From assembly GCF_036971445.1 (NCBI RefSeq), contig NW_027211833.1:1-64000 (forward strand): a stretch of 64,000 nucleotides of DNA. The letters run 5' to 3'. Below the pieces are notes generated by a model that was not told the origin of the DNA, made no database searches, and saw nothing but the letters and a program-made list of their open reading frames with translations. A program made the position numbers and the translations under genes. The stretch comes from Narcine bancroftii. Its lineage: Eukaryota. This document shows, piece by piece, positions 62,881 to 64,000 of the stretch (positions are counted from its first letter, which is position 1; each line of letters starts with the position of its first letter).

Positions 62881-64000
62881 TTCTAAATTCATAAATTAAA
62901 AATTTTATTGCTATAAAAGTGATAAAAAGATACATTCTTTTTCAAGGTAAAAGCAAGGTAGCTGGCTTTCCTCCTCGTGATGGTTAATTATTTCTGCTCG
63001 GTAGAAAGGTATGCCATTTGTTTCAAATTTCAAATTTTCATTATCTCTTGAATTGCATTGAATCCTGATCACACTGCAAGTATCCTCCCATCGCTTTTAC
63101 TGCTTGGGCACAAAACAAATCAAACCTTCCAATTTGAGCATGTGTCCAGGGTTATTAGGTTTCCCTCTCTTTGGTATTCTCTTTCTCTATTTCAGTTCTG
63201 TCTTTCCCAGTTTTGGGTCTCTTTGCTTGCTTATTCTGTAAGTTACAACTTGCAAATATTGCAAAAGAAAACATCGCTCAATAAATTCAAGGCAATACTT
63301 GTAGATTGTACTTGGAATTAGATTGGGGACAGAGCAAAAGCAATTCATCCAGTCACGGCACCACCTATCTATGGCATAACAATTTAATTACTAAATTCAT
63401 TCAGAGACAGCTTATTATCCTGATTACACTTCAACGACTACATTAAGTTCTTTTGGTATAACCAGTTTAGTAATCACCAATTAATAGTGCTCAGATATCT
63501 GTTAGTCATTTTTGGTTTCCACTGTAACAGGCCATGGCTAACACAAACCAAAAGCAAAGCCATAGCTATTATAGGAACAGAAATATAACTTATATTTGAT
63601 TAAAGTCACTTTAATGTATTCAGATTTAATTACTGTAATCTTTAATTATTAAACGAAAATCAGTGCTTGCAGCCCAAAAGATCATTGAGGTATGTTCTGC
63701 AAACTCTTGGCAAATTTATCTATTATATCAGTTCAAAACATTTTTTGCTGGAGGCTTGACTAAATATGCTGGTGACTATAATCAGAGCTTTTTGATATGG
63801 TTACAAAATGATTATCAATGCTTTAATTTAGATGGAAGGAAGGTGAGAAGAAAGTGAATGCAAAATTTTTCAATATGTAGAATTCACAGAGTAGGCTTAA
63901 ATTTGCATACCAAATAGCCAATGCTTTGAACATATGTAGTTCTAATGGCTCCATGTGTTTTACTATGTTCATTTATCAAATAGTTTGACTTCCATTAGAT

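Noticed and set aside
63126-63235. Possible minus-strand exon upstream of the 61.9-kb micro-exon
   Set aside because: All three frames hit a stop when the best acceptor is used.
63732-63842. Possible + strand exon FKTFFAGG...LDGRK with AG/GT ends
   Set aside because: No recognisable domain or partner exons; compatible with chance.

Overview
Vertebrate genomic DNA with one assembly gap (318-524). The repeat landscape (CR1, Rex1/Babar, RTE, Tx1/L1, Penelope, tRNA-SINEs, ERV/solo LTRs) looks like a cartilaginous fish, probably a ray; this is inference. Most of the window is transposon debris and tandem repeats. One intact spliced gene can be assembled by hand on the + strand (21950-39264; 6 coding exons, all GT-AG, phases consistent, 334 aa). 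Its architecture is leader / germline-joined VJ-type Ig domain / C1-set Ig domain / uncharged TM / cytoplasmic exon / tail with an ITIM (LQYASV) and an ITIM-like motif (KEYAVL). It is therefore a predicted non-rearranging, antigen-receptor-like inhibitory receptor. Its third intron holds an antisense ERV lacking recognisable pro-RT and a rearranged LTR; its fifth intron holds nested solo LTRs and a 5'-inverted RTE LINE. Also noted: a very young RTE family, three short telomeric insertions, a 31-nt templated insertion, a tandem pair of CTCF-like sites, and possible 3' exons of a neighbouring minus-strand gene. Repeat boundaries are approximate and family names come from motif recognition, not database searches.
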